DNA from: an uncultured Actinomycetes bacterium
GTDB taxonomy: Bacteria > Actinomycetota > UBA4738 > JBBDTT01
Direction: 5' to 3'
Length of the DNA: 64,000 bases
NCBI GenBank assembly: GCA_963742735.1
Contig: CAVUMN010000003.1
Location: 832,001 to 896,000, forward strand
In this document: positions 30,325 to 41,145 of the stretch, one piece after another
How the letters are laid out: every line of letters begins with the position of its first letter
Position numbering within the stretch: the stretch's first letter is position 1
Made by a program: the position numbers and the translations under genes
Notes under the pieces: model-generated
Told to the model about the DNA's origin: nothing
The model's input: only the letters and a program-made list of their open reading frames with translations
The model's database searches: none

Positions 30325-31395
30325 GTGACCCCCCCGGAAACGCCCGCTCTCGCATACTCGGGCGCCGATCTCGCCGACGCCCGGGGCCTCGACGACGCCG
30401 CCGGGTTCGTGATCGACCTCCTGGAGCATCCGGCCTCGACCGTGCGGATCATGGAGGGCCAGCTCGGCCTGTCCGAGGACGTGGTCTTCGACGGCCACCC
30501 CGATGCGTTCGCGATGCAGGCCGTGGCCGCCGTCTCGCCGGGGACGGTGTGGGCGGTCGACGGCGGGTCGTGCCTCCTCGCCGACGGCCGGTCGTTCCAG
30601 GTCGCGGCGTACCGCGCGTCGCGGGTCCGGTTCCGCGCCGGCGTCACCGATCTGGTCGAGTCGCCGCCGCTGCAAGTCCGCGCCCTGTCCCACGAGGAGA
30701 TGGAGCGCATCGCGCGGGAGGTCCTCACCGAGCTCTGGGGGACGGAGCCCGAGCGGCTCCCCGAGACGCCCCGGCCGGTCGACGCGCTCCGCGAGTGGGC
30801 GGAGTGGGCGGAGGTCCGCCGGACGATCCGCGACGCGTCGCCCGGCGACCTGGTCCTGGTCGACGGCTCGCTCCACGGCGGGCCCCTCGTCCCGGCCGGC
30901 GTCGTCCGATCGATCCACGACGAGGCGGTCTCCCGCGGCGTGGCCCTGGCCGGGGTGGTCAAGGCGTCGACGTTGTTCTGGGGGCGCAACGCCCCCCTCG
31001 TCACCCTGCTGAAGCGCCGGGGCGACCGGGAGCTGGGGCGGGTCTGCTGGTCGGCCCGGATCTCCACCGAGCCCACCTTCGCCCGCCTCTACGTCGGCGA
31101 CATCTTCGTGGCCCACCTGGCGCCGACGGCCCCGTACGCCTTCCGGGTCGACGTCGCCCGCGGCGAGTCGCCCCCCGGCGAGATCCTGGCGCGGCTGGCC
31201 GGCTGCGCGGACGACCCCGCCTTCGTCGGCTACCCCTATCCCCTGGCCCGGGCCCACCAGGCGGCCCGGGTCTCCGGCTATGCGGTGGCCGACCTCCGCC
31301 GGACGTTCCGCGACGCCCTGTCCCGCCACGGCATGGGCCACGACGACATCGAGGTCCTGTTCCAGGACTTCCACGAGGTCCTGAACAGGAGCTAG
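30325..31395 (+). CDS. nurA: NurA DNA double-strand break repair nuclease
   Basis: WAVDGGS, LVLVDGSL, GVVK.S, GYPYPLARAH..ARVS; TATGCT -10 7 nt upstream suggests a leaderless GTG start (ATG 30313 is an alternative). Confidence 0.85.
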   Translation: MTPPETPALAYSGADLADARGLDDAAGFVIDLLEHPASTVRIMEGQLGLSEDVVFDGHPDAFAMQAVAAVSPGTVWAVDGGSCLLADGRSFQVAAYRASRVRFRAGVTDLVESPPLQVRALSHEEMERIAREVLTELWGTEPERLPETPRPVDALREWAEWAEVRRTIRDASPGDLVLVDGSLHGGPLVPAGVVRSIHDEAVSRGVALAGVVKASTLFWGRNAPLVTLLKRRGDRELGRVCWSARISTEPTFARLYVGDIFVAHLAPTAPYAFRVDVARGESPPGEILARLAGCADDPAFVGYPYPLARAHQAARVSGYAVADLRRTFRDALSRHGMGHDDIEVLFQDFHEVLNRS

Positions 31396-31397
31396 CG

Positions 31398-32969
31398 ATG
31401 ACCGAGTACAAGGGCCGCATCTTCGGCAAACACGTCCTGGAGGCCCAGTTCCGGGCCTACCACGGCACCGACCTGTTCCTGGGCGAGCTCCTGTCCGCCG
31501 AGGACCCCGAGCGGGCCCGCCGGTTCCTGTTCAGGGTCATCCAGGTGACCTACGGGTCCGATTCGTCCGATCCGTCCTGGGCGGAGCGCACCGCCGGCGC
31601 CTACATGACCGGGGACCAGGCCGGAACCCCGTACGAGCTGCACGACCCCGAGCAGCGCCTGCACAAGGTGGCCACGTGCGCCCCCCTCGGCTACATCGAC
31701 CCCGCCGGGGAGTTCCGCAAGCCGAAGTCCCTCACCGCCCAGTTCGCCAGGGTCACCGCGCCCACGGCGGAGGACTTCTCCTTCCTGCGCGAGCGGATGG
31801 GAGACCTCCGCGTGGGCCTGCTCCGCAGCGGCGAGGACACCATCGACCTGGAGGTCGGCATCCGGGGCGAGACCCTCACCTCCCACATGGGGGTCTTCGC
31901 CACGACCGGCATGGGCAAGTCGAACTTGATGAAGGTCGTGGCCGGGACCATCCTCGAGTCTCAGGGCCGCTACGCGACGCTGCTGTTCGACCCGCACGGC
32001 GAGTACCTGGATGGCGGGGGCGGGGGCCGCCGCGGGCTGCGGGACCACCCGTGGGCCGGCGACCGGCTCAAGGTCTACGCGACCCGGTCGGGGTCGGGGG
32101 CGGCGCACACCGCGCTGCGCCTGTCGCTCGCCGAGCTCACCCTGGCCGACCTCCAGACCGCGTACGACTGGAGCCGGGCCCAGGACGAGGCCATCTACCG
32201 CCTGGAGCGCCTGTACCGAGAGGACTGGCTGCCGACCGTCGCCTCCGAGGGCCAGGACCTCCAGGAGCTGGCCGAGCAGACCGGCTCGACCACGGCCACG
32301 CTGCAGGTCATCCAGCGCCGGGCCCGGCGGATCCTCGACCTGCCCTGCATCAGCCGCGACCCGTCCCAGCCGTCGCTCTCGGAGCGGATCGTCGAGGAGC
32401 TCTCGAACGGCTACTCCGTCCTGGTGGAGACGAGCGGGCTGTCGAGCATGGAGGAGATCCTGGTCGCCTCGGTGATCACCCGCCGGCTGCTCGACACCTA
32501 CGCCGACGCGTTCCTGGAGGACCGCGAGGCCTTCGAGCGCCTCCCCCCCACGCTGGTGGCGTTGGAGGAGGCCCAGCGGGTCCTGTCCCGCGTGAAGCGC
32601 TCCGACGACAACGTCTTTCCCCGCGTGGCCAGGGAGGGGCGGAAGTTCCGGGTCGGGCTGTGCGCGGTGTCCCAGCAGCCGAAGCTCATCGACGACGAGC
32701 TGCTCTCGCAGTTCAACACCTTCTTCATCCTGGGCCTGGCCGACGAGAAGGACCGCAACATCCTGCGGGCGTCCTCGAAGCAGGACATCGGCGACCTCGG
32801 CCCCGAGATCCAGACCCTCATGCCCGGCGAGGCGATCGTGACGAACCTCGAGGCGCCGTTCGCGCTGCCCGCCAGGGTGTTCCTGTACGAGGACTACCTG
32901 AAGGCCGTGACGGGGCCATTGCCGCTCCCGCCCCCGCCCGAGGGCGCCTCGAGGGGCTTCGCCGAGTAG
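31398..32969 (+). CDS. herA: HerA helicase/translocase (FtsK-HerA ATPase)
   Basis: HMGVFATTGMGKSN Walker A, FDPHGEY, LEEAQR Walker B, AREGRKF.VGL..VSQQP. Confidence 0.9.
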   Translation: MTEYKGRIFGKHVLEAQFRAYHGTDLFLGELLSAEDPERARRFLFRVIQVTYGSDSSDPSWAERTAGAYMTGDQAGTPYELHDPEQRLHKVATCAPLGYIDPAGEFRKPKSLTAQFARVTAPTAEDFSFLRERMGDLRVGLLRSGEDTIDLEVGIRGETLTSHMGVFATTGMGKSNLMKVVAGTILESQGRYATLLFDPHGEYLDGGGGGRRGLRDHPWAGDRLKVYATRSGSGAAHTALRLSLAELTLADLQTAYDWSRAQDEAIYRLERLYREDWLPTVASEGQDLQELAEQTGSTTATLQVIQRRARRILDLPCISRDPSQPSLSERIVEELSNGYSVLVETSGLSSMEEILVASVITRRLLDTYADAFLEDREAFERLPPTLVALEEAQRVLSRVKRSDDNVFPRVAREGRKFRVGLCAVSQQPKLIDDELLSQFNTFFILGLADEKDRNILRASSKQDIGDLGPEIQTLMPGEAIVTNLEAPFALPARVFLYEDYLKAVTGPLPLPPPPEGASRGFAE

Positions 32970-34108
32970 TGGCGCGCCTCGTCGCGCTCGGTGACGCGCA
33001 CCTGGGACGGGCCCACCTGGCCCACCTTCGCGACGACGAGGGCCGCCCCGTCCGCGAGGAGGACTTCCTGCGGTCCTTCGACTGGGCGATCGAGGAGACC
33101 CTGCGACAGGAGCCCGACGGCTTCCTGTGGCTGGGCGACGTCTTCGACCACGCCCGGCCCTCGTACCGGGTCTTCGCGCGGGTGCTCGCCGGGCTCCAGA
33201 AGCTCACCGACGCCGGGCTGCGCGGGGTGGCCATCAGCGGGAACCACGACACACCCCGCCTGCGGGGCACCGGCTCGCCGTACGACGCCCTGGAGCGGGT
33301 GTTCCCCTCCACGGCCTTCGCGTGGCGCCTGGAGGGCTTGAGCGCCGACCTGGCCGGCGTGCGCGTCTTGGCCGTCCCCCAGACCAACACGGTGGAGGAG
33401 TTCAAGGCCGAGCTCGAGCGGGTCACCCCGGAGGCCGGCGGCGACGCCACGAGCCTGCTCATCGCGCACGTGGCCCTGTCCTCGCTGCCCACCCGGGACT
33501 GGCGGGACATGAACGAGCTGGAGGTCACGGCCGCCGACCTGGGCCGCCGGTTCGACCTGGTGGTCCTGGGGCACTACCACCAGCACCTGAAGTCCTCGGC
33601 GAAGACCTGGTACGCGGGCTCGACGGACTCGTTCGGGTTCGGCGACCGCCCCAACGACAAGGTGGGGCCGAAGGGGCTTCTCGTCGTGGACACCGACGCC
33701 GGGAAGGTCGAGCTGGTCCCGAACCCGCACGAGCGCCCGCTGCTCACCCGGCAGGTCGACGCCGCGTCGCTGGGCCCCTCCGAGCTCCTGGAGGCGGCCG
33801 AGCGGGAGGGGGCGGGCGCGCCGGAGGGCGCCATCGTCCGCATCTGGCTGAACGCGGTGGATCCGGCCGCGTACCGCCAGCTCACCCAGGGCGAGTTCCA
33901 GGAGGCCGTTCCCGGCGCGCTGTTCGTCCAGGTCGAGCCGGACTGGGGCGCCGGCGCGCTGTCCGTCCAGGGGGGCATCGAGATCGGGAGCCTGGAGTCC
34001 GAGTGGGGCACCTACGTGGACGGTCAGGACCTGGCCGGGCTGGAGCGGCCGCGGGTGCGCGACCTGGGGGCCCGGTTCCTGGAGGCGGCCCGGGGGGAGG
34101 CCGTCTAG
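32969..34108 (+). CDS. mre11: Mre11/SbcD nuclease
   Basis: DAHLG, GDVFD, GNHD, AH and GHYH phosphoesterase motifs. Confidence 0.9.
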   Translation: MARLVALGDAHLGRAHLAHLRDDEGRPVREEDFLRSFDWAIEETLRQEPDGFLWLGDVFDHARPSYRVFARVLAGLQKLTDAGLRGVAISGNHDTPRLRGTGSPYDALERVFPSTAFAWRLEGLSADLAGVRVLAVPQTNTVEEFKAELERVTPEAGGDATSLLIAHVALSSLPTRDWRDMNELEVTAADLGRRFDLVVLGHYHQHLKSSAKTWYAGSTDSFGFGDRPNDKVGPKGLLVVDTDAGKVELVPNPHERPLLTRQVDAASLGPSELLEAAEREGAGAPEGAIVRIWLNAVDPAAYRQLTQGEFQEAVPGALFVQVEPDWGAGALSVQGGIEIGSLESEWGTYVDGQDLAGLERPRVRDLGARFLEAARGEAV

Positions 34109-34111
34109 CCG

Positions 34112-36394
34112 GTGCGCGCGCTGGAGCTCTCGCTTCGCAACTACCGGGTGTTCGAGGAGCTCGAACTCGAGCTTCCCTCGCGGGTGATCGGGGTCTTCGG
34201 GGCGAACGGCAGCGGCAAGTCGACGCTGGTCGAGTCGATCGGGGTCGCCCTGTACGGCCTGGACTTCGCCCGGACCCCGAAGCAGCAGATCCGGACCCAG
34301 GGCCTGCTGACCGACTGCCGCATCCGGCTGGTCTTCGAGCACGCCGGTACGCAGTACGAGGTGCGCCGCGAGATCCGCGGCAAGAACCACTCGACCGACG
34401 CCGAGCTCTTCGCGAAGGACGCCCGGCTGGCGGTGGGCGTGACCGAAGTCGACGCCGAGATCCGCCGGCTGCTGCGGATGGACCGCCAGGTGTTCCGGGC
34501 CAGCGTCTTCGCCGAGCAGAAGCAGCTCGACGCGTTCAGCGACCTGACCAAGTCCAAGCGCAAGGAGATGGTCCTGCGCCTGCTGGGCATCAAGCCCGTC
34601 GACGACGCCCGGACCGCCGCGCGCGCCGAGGCCCGGGGCAAGGCGCGCGACGCGGAGAACCTGGTCGGCTCGCTCCCCGACCTGCCCGCGCTCGAGACCG
34701 AGCTGGCGGCGGCCACGGAGGCCGCGGGGGCCGCGGAGGCGGCCGCGACGGGTGCCCACCAGGCGCTCACGGACGCCGAGGTCCGGGCGCAGACGGCCGA
34801 CGCCGCCTTCGCCGAGGCCGACCGGATCCGCGCCGAGACCGAGCGCGTCGGGGCGCTCCGGGCGGCCACGGGCGCGGAGCTCGATCGCGCCGCGAAGCGC
34901 GCCGCGGAGCTGGACGGCCGCCTGATCGAGGCCCGGGAACGCCTGGCCGGCCTGCGGGACCTCCAGGCCGAACGGGAGGCGCTCGCGGACGCGCGGGAGC
35001 GCCTCGGGACGGCCCGGGAGCTCGTGCGGGAGGCCGAAGCCCTGGCGAAGCTCCAGGCGGAGCTCGAGGGTCTCCCCGAGGTCGACGCGAGATCCGCGCT
35101 TGCCGAGCTGGAGGCCGCGGACGCCGCGCGCGCCGCCGCGCAGCAGGCCGCGTCGGACGCCGCCGCAACGCAGCGAGTCGCCGAAGGGGCGGCCGAGACC
35201 GCCCGCCGCGCGGTCGAGTCCGCCGGCACGCTCGACCCGTCCGAGCCATGCCCCACGTGCGGCAACCCGCTCGGCGACGCGTTCGAGAACCTGGTGAAGC
35301 ACCGTCAGGACGACCTCACGCGGCTGGAGACGGACGCGGCAGCCAGCGCGAAGGCGGCGACCGCGGCGGCGGCCGGGCAGGCCAAGGCCGAGAAGGTCCT
35401 GAAGGTCGCGCAGACGGCCGCCGAGGCCGCGCAGACGGCGCTGTCCCGGCGGGCCCAGCTCGCCGCCGCCGTGGAGGAGGCCGGCGCGCGAGTCCTTGCT
35501 CTCGCCGAGACCTTTCCCGAGGGGACCCCGGACGTCGTGGCGCTCGAGGCGGCGGCGGCCCGTGCGGGCGAGCTCGACAAGCTGCTGGCCCGGCTCGAGG
35601 CGGACGCGGAGCAGCTGGCGCACCTCGAGGCGGACCAGGCCGCCGCGGCCGAGGAGGCGTCGGCGTGCGGGGCTCGCCTCATGGAGCTCGACCGGGAGGC
35701 CGCCGGCCTGGCGTTCGACCCGGAGGACCACGCCCGTGTGGCCAAGGAGCGCGACGAGGCCCGGACCCTGCTCGCTCAGGCCCGGGAGCGCGACCGGGAG
35801 GCCGCCGCACTCGCCAAGGACGCGGCGGCGGCGCGAGCCGTCATCGAGGGCCGCCTGCAGCAGGCGCGGGAGACCGCCGCGCGCGTGGGCACGCTGCGGG
35901 ACGACGCGCGGTACCTCGAGCGCGTGACGGTCCTGCTCGACGGGTTCCGGGACCATCTGGTTGCCCGGATCGGCCCCGAGCTCTCCCGCGAGGCGGAGGC
36001 GCTCTTCCGCGAGCTCACCAACCACGAGTACGAGGACCTGAAGATCGCGGAGGACGACCTGGCGATCCAGATCGCCGACGCCGGCACGTACTTCGACATG
36101 GCGCGGTTCTCGGGCTCCGAAACCGACCTGGCGAACCTGGCCCTGCGCGTGGCGATCTCGATGCACCTCTCGCGCATGGCCGGGGCGGACGTCGGGATGA
36201 TGGTCCTGGACGAGGTGCTCGGCTCGCTGGACGCGGAGCGCCGCGACCTGATGGTCCAGGCCCTGGGCAAGCTGGCCGACCGCTTCCACCAGCTGTTCGT
36301 GATCACCCACGCCGAACCGGTGAAGGACGCCTTCCCCGCCTCGATCGAGGTCCGCAAGACCGGCCGGCGGCGCAGCGACGCCCGGCTCGTCTGA
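34112..36394 (+). CDS. rad50: Rad50/SbcC SMC-like ATPase
   Basis: GANGSGKST, long coiled coil, CPTC zinc hook, FSGSE signature, LDEVLGSLD, ITH. Confidence 0.93.
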   Translation: MRALELSLRNYRVFEELELELPSRVIGVFGANGSGKSTLVESIGVALYGLDFARTPKQQIRTQGLLTDCRIRLVFEHAGTQYEVRREIRGKNHSTDAELFAKDARLAVGVTEVDAEIRRLLRMDRQVFRASVFAEQKQLDAFSDLTKSKRKEMVLRLLGIKPVDDARTAARAEARGKARDAENLVGSLPDLPALETELAAATEAAGAAEAAATGAHQALTDAEVRAQTADAAFAEADRIRAETERVGALRAATGAELDRAAKRAAELDGRLIEARERLAGLRDLQAEREALADARERLGTARELVREAEALAKLQAELEGLPEVDARSALAELEAADAARAAAQQAASDAAATQRVAEGAAETARRAVESAGTLDPSEPCPTCGNPLGDAFENLVKHRQDDLTRLETDAAASAKAATAAAAGQAKAEKVLKVAQTAAEAAQTALSRRAQLAAAVEEAGARVLALAETFPEGTPDVVALEAAAARAGELDKLLARLEADAEQLAHLEADQAAAAEEASACGARLMELDREAAGLAFDPEDHARVAKERDEARTLLAQARERDREAAALAKDAAAARAVIEGRLQQARETAARVGTLRDDARYLERVTVLLDGFRDHLVARIGPELSREAEALFRELTNHEYEDLKIAEDDLAIQIADAGTYFDMARFSGSETDLANLALRVAISMHLSRMAGADVGMMVLDEVLGSLDAERRDLMVQALGKLADRFHQLFVITHAEPVKDAFPASIEVRKTGRRRSDARLV

Positions 36395-36400
36395 ACCCGC

Positions 36401-39400
36401 TCAGCCTCCCCAGCGGGTGGTGAGGTAGTCGGCGCGAACCACGTTGCCCTTGGAGCGGTAGATGCGGGCGGCCTCGATGCCGGCCTCCGCCGCCTCCCGG
36501 TCCTTGCCGGCGGCGCCGAGGACCTCGGCCAGGTCCGCGTACGCGTCCCCCTGGTTCTGCGGGAAGTCGGTGCGCAGGCTGAACTCCACGGCCTCGCGGG
36601 CCAGCGTCTCGGCCTGCTCGTGCTCCCCTCGCGCGGCCATGACCCTCGCCCGGACGCACCGCCACAGGATCTGGGCGTCCAGGTCGTCGTCGTCGGCGAA
36701 CTCCTCCCCGACGACCGACATCTCCTCGGCCTCCTCCATGCGTCCGAGGGCCACCAGCACCTGGCCGAGCACGCACGCGGTCGAGCACAGGTAGCTGCGC
36801 TCCCCCATGCGCTCCAGGACCTGGTACGCCTCGCGGAGCTCGCGTTCCGCGCCCTCCAGGTCGCCGGAGAGCACGTAGACCACGGCCCGGTCCTGCGAGG
36901 TGCTCGCCCGCATCAGCGTCATGCCCAGCTGATCGAACAGCTCGGTGCTGCGGGTCATCACGGCGCGGGCCTCCTCGAAGCGGCCCATCATCGCCAGGAA
37001 GCCGGCCATCGCGTTGCGGACCCGCGCCTCCACCTTCAGGCTCGGTTCGGCGGTCCGCAGCGTGCGGTCCAGCCAGTGCACGCCCTCCTCGGCGGGGGTC
37101 GGCCCGTAGAAGATCGCGGACACCATCTCGGTGACCATCTGGGTCTCGTCGCGGGGGGCCCCGGCCAGGCGGGCGTGCTCCAGGGCGCGGGTCAGCGCCG
37201 TCGTGGCGGTCGGCCATCCGTCCCCACAGGTTGTACGCGCGGGCCCGCAGGTGCCACGCTCGGGCCAGGCCCAGCTCGTCTCCCGCGGCCTCGAACACCG
37301 GGATCACCTCGTCGGAGACCTGCGACTCCTGGTCCGCCATCCCCTGGGGATCGGTCAGGATGCGGGTCTTCACCAGGGCGATGCGCAGGTGGGCCTCGGC
37401 GACCCGGTCGCCGACGGCGCGCGTCTCGGCGAGCGCCGACTCGAGCAGCTCGATCGCGCGCGCGAACCGGCCGGCCTCGCCCAGAGCCTCCGCCAGGTCC
37501 GGCACCAGGGCGACCCGGCGCGAGAGGGTGGGCTCGATCGCCACCGCGCGATCGAGCAGGCTGACCGTGGCCGGCACGTCGCCCCGGGCCATGGCCCGGT
37601 TCCCCGCCGACGCGAGCGCCGCGGCGGCCATCCCGGCCAGGTCGCGGACCTCCTCCTCGGCGCCGCCGAGCTCGGCCCGGTACCGGTGTGCCTGCTCCAG
37701 GTGGTAGCCGACGATCTCGTCCTCCTCGGCCCGCACGCCGACGCGGGTGGCGAGCCACGTCGCGAACCCCTCGTGCAGGCCCGCCCGCGTCTCCTTGAGC
37801 ATCCCCTGGTACGCCGCGTCGCGGATCAGCAGGTGGGTGAAGCGCCAGGTGCCGGGCTCCGCCGAGGGCTCCTCCTGGGGGCGGACCAGATCCCGCCGCG
37901 CCAGGGCCTGCAGCCGCTCGCCCACCCGCGGCCGCTCCTCCGGCGGGGTCAGGGCCCACACGGTGCGCTCGTCGAACTGCTTGCCGACCACGGACGCGCG
38001 CTCGATGACGGCCCGCTCGGACGGCGGCAGCCGGTCCAGGCGGGTCGCGAGCAGCGCCTGGACGGTCGGCGGGACCGTGACCGAGCCCAGGTCGCCGGCG
38101 GCCACCCACCGGCCGCCCTCCTGGCGGAGCAGGCCGTCGTCGATGAGCGTCCGGAACACCTCGCCCACGAACAGGGGGTTGCCCTCGGCGGCCTCGGCGA
38201 TCCGCCGGCGGGCCTCCGGGGGAAGCGCGCCGCCCGGGGCGAGCTGCTCGAGCAGCGTGTCGCTCTCGTCGGCGGTGAGCGGGGCCAGGCTCAGCAGGGC
38301 CGAGCGGCCGTCGTCCGTGCCCCAGCCCGGGCGGGCCTCGAACAGCTCCGGCCGGCTGGGGGCGAGGATCAGCACGGCCGCGTCCTCGCCCTGCTGCACC
38401 AGCCCCTCCACCAGGTCCAGGAAGGTCGACTCCGCGGCGTGGAGGTCGTCGAACACCACGACCACCGGGCGTTTCCCAGGCGAGGGTCTCCAGGAACCGC
38501 CGGGCTCCCCAGAACCCCGTCTCGAGCGTCGAGACCTCCGGGTCGAACCCGAGCAGCCCCGCCAGCCGCTGGGCGATCAGCTCGGCGTCCCCCGCGTCGG
38601 CGACGGCTCGGCGGATCTTGTCGCGCGCCGCGGCCGGGGCGTCGTCGTCCAGGATGCCGGACGCCATCTGCACCACCTCGAGCAGCGGCCAGAAGGTGAT
38701 GCCGTCGCCGTACGGCAGGCACCGGCCCCGCAGAACCGTCGCCGTGGCCGCCACGGTCTCCACGAACTCCTGGACCAGGCGCGACTTGCCGACGCCGGGG
38801 TCGCCCACGATCGTGACCAGCCGGGTGGACCCCGACTCCCGGACCTCCTCGAAGGACGCCCCCAGCCGTTCGAGCTCGTCGCGGCGCCCCACCATCGGGG
38901 TCTCGAGCCGGGCCGGGCGCTCCCGGGGCCCGCCGTCCAGGCTCACCACGCGGAACGCGTCGACGGCCTCGTGGCGGCCCCGAAGCGGGATCGAGGCCAC
39001 GGGCTCGGTGACCACGGTGGTCGCGACCAGCCGGTGCGTCTCCGGGCCGATGAAGATCTCGCCCACCCCGGCCTCTCGCTGCAGCCGGGAGGCCACGTTC
39101 ACGGCGTCGCCCAGGACCAGGGCGTGCCCGGGCTCGGCGGCCGCCCGGCGACCACCTCCCCGGTGTTCACGCCCGTTCGGATCGCCAGCTCGACCCCCAG
39201 GGTGGCCCGCAACTCGGCGTTCAGGGCGCCGAGCGCGGCGTTGACCTCCGTGGCGGCCCGCACGGCGCGCAGGGCGTCGTCCTCGTGGAGCTGGGGAACC
39301 CCGAACACCGCCATGACCGCGTCGCCGATGAACTTCTGGACGGTCCCCCCGTGGCGCTCCAGCGAGGTTCGCGCCGTCTCGAAGTAGCGGCGCATGACCG

Positions 39401-39587
39401 ACCGCAGGGACTCGGGGTCGAGCCGCTCGGCCAGGCCCGTCGAGCCGACCACGTCGAGGAACACCACGGTGACCGTCCGGCGGGTCTCGGGCGCGTCGGC
39501 GGCGGGGGCCGTGAGGGGCTGGCCGCACGCCAGGCAGAAGCGGCCGTGCTCGGGGTTGTCCTCGCCGCAACGGGCGCATCGGGGCAT
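36401..39587 (-). CDS. Zinc-ribbon + class III adenylate/guanylate cyclase + AAA (STAND) + TPR protein; frameshifted
   Basis: CARC..CLAC, KFIGDAVMAVFG, GDAVNVASRLQ, GDPGVGKS, FDDLHAA, GNPLF, TPR-like helices. Confidence 0.9.
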
Positions 39588-39620
39588 GCGCGTACGGTAC
39601 CCGGCCACTCTCGCGTTGGG

Positions 39621-40334
39621 CTAGGGGAACAGCTTGAGCGCCCGGGCGGCCTCGTCCGGGTTGGCGCCGGCCCAGGCGTCGAGCCCGGCCGCGACGCCCT
39701 CGTACACGCTGGTGAGGTCGGGGCCGCTCCGCAGCCCCATGATGTCGTCCCACAGGCCCGGCCCGTCGGCCGGGTCGAGCGAGGCCGCGAAGTCCGCGAG
39801 CTCGGCGCCCGTCCCGGCGTTGCGGATGGTCAGCCGATACGCGGCCAGGGCGTCCTCCCGGACCTGGGCGAGCAGGCCGCTGGAGGGAGCCCGCGGCTCC
39901 ATCCGGACGAACGCCTCGCGGGCCCGCCGGGTTACGTCCCGGGCCCGGGTGCGAAGCTCCGCCGCCAGCTGCTCCACGTCCTCGGTGCTCCCGGTGTCGG
40001 CCTCCGCGGCGAGCAGCCGTGCGGTCTCCGCCATCTCCAGGGTGGTGCCCGAGAGCGCGACGACGTCGTTCGACGCGAACACGTAGGTCAGCAGGTCCTC
40101 CTTGGGGCCGCCGGGCACGGAGACGACGGGCCCGGCCTCGGCGGCGGTGAGGTCGCTCGAGTTGTTGGGAGAGCCGGTTGCCTGGGGTCCCGCCTCGGCG
40201 GTCGCCGAGGCGGGCTCGGCGGCGTGTTCGGTCGAGGTGGCGTCCTGCGCCGCCTCGGGCCTGGTGCTCCAGCTCGCGACGACCATGCCGAGGGCGAGCA
40301 CGACCGTCGCCACGAGCAGCGGCCTCGTCTTCAC
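39621..40334 (-). CDS. Hypothetical exported helical protein
   Basis: N-terminal signal/TM, low-complexity linker, helical domain. Confidence 0.6.
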   Translation of the reverse strand: MKTRPLLVATVVLALGMVVASWSTRPEAAQDATSTEHAAEPASATAEAGPQATGSPNNSSDLTAAEAGPVVSVPGGPKEDLLTYVFASNDVVALSGTTLEMAETARLLAAEADTGSTEDVEQLAAELRTRARDVTRRAREAFVRMEPRAPSSGLLAQVREDALAAYRLTIRNAGTGAELADFAASLDPADGPGLWDDIMGLRSGPDLTSVYEGVAAGLDAWAGANPDEAARALKLFP

Positions 40335-40384
40335 TCTGGAGCTATCGGCCGGGCGGCGCCAACCTTGAGGTGCTCAGGAGGTGC

Positions 40385-41128
40385 TCAGTTCCCGGTGGCC
40401 GAGACGTGCTGGTAGTCGACCGGGGAGGACCACCGCCCGCCCCACCCCCACCCGATCGCGTCGAAAGCCCCCACGGCGCCCCCGTCCTCCACCAGCATGC
40501 CCGGCCGGACCTCGGACCGGTCCATGTACGCGCGCGCGGCGGGCGGGTAGGCAGAGCCCCCCGAGCTGACGTAGGGGTTCTGGACCGGGTTGATGTCGAT
40601 GGCCCACCCGTAGGCATGCTCGGACCAGGTCGTCGTGCTCTCCGCGCGAAGCCGGCAGTTGAACGCCGAGGTGTTGTTCGCCTCCATCGACCGGTTGTCG
40701 TCGGCGCCGTACTCGTCAACCAGCACCATCCGCTCGATGGGGAACCGGGCCTCGAACAGGGCCCGGAACGCCTCCAGGACCTTGCGGGCGTGACGCTCGT
40801 GCTTGACGAGCCGGCCGCCCGTGTGCCGTTTCCCGTCGAAGCCCCAGAACGTCACCTCGAGCATCCGCAGGTCGTCCAGCCCGACCGGGCAGCCCTCTCG
40901 CCACGACACCCCGGTCATCCCGGAGCGGTCGGCCGCGTTCAGGGCCCGGATCCGTCCCTCGAAGACGGGGCCCGTGGGCGAGGGGCTCGGGGAGCTGGTC
41001 GCCGGCGGGTCGGTCGGCGCCGGGTCGGAGGTCGCCGGCGGCGAGGAGCTCGGGCTCGAGACGCCCGTCGGCGAGCAACCGGCGAGCACCGCGGCGATCA
41101 GGACGACGGTGGCGCGTCGCGTCCGCAT
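40385..41128 (-). CDS. M15 family peptidoglycan peptidase lipoprotein
   Basis: Lipobox LAGC; SEHAYGWAIDINP; WGWGG.W....DYQH. Confidence 0.88.
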   Translation of the reverse strand: MRTRRATVVLIAAVLAGCSPTGVSSPSSSPPATSDPAPTDPPATSSPSPSPTGPVFEGRIRALNAADRSGMTGVSWREGCPVGLDDLRMLEVTFWGFDGKRHTGGRLVKHERHARKVLEAFRALFEARFPIERMVLVDEYGADDNRSMEANNTSAFNCRLRAESTTTWSEHAYGWAIDINPVQNPYVSSGGSAYPPAARAYMDRSEVRPGMLVEDGGAVGAFDAIGWGWGGRWSSPVDYQHVSATGN

Positions 41129-41145
41129 GACTCGAGGGACGGGCC

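Noticed and set aside
30325-32969. HerA-based anti-phage system (Sir2-HerA or DUF4297-HerA type)
   Set aside because: Partners are NurA, Mre11 and Rad50, the repair configuration; no Sir2 or DUF4297 gene.
32894-36423. Long overlapping ORFs (1138 aa antisense, 1098 aa alternate frame) and similar shadow ORFs elsewhere
   Set aside because: Arg/Gly/Pro-rich shadows of real genes caused by high GC at third codon positions.
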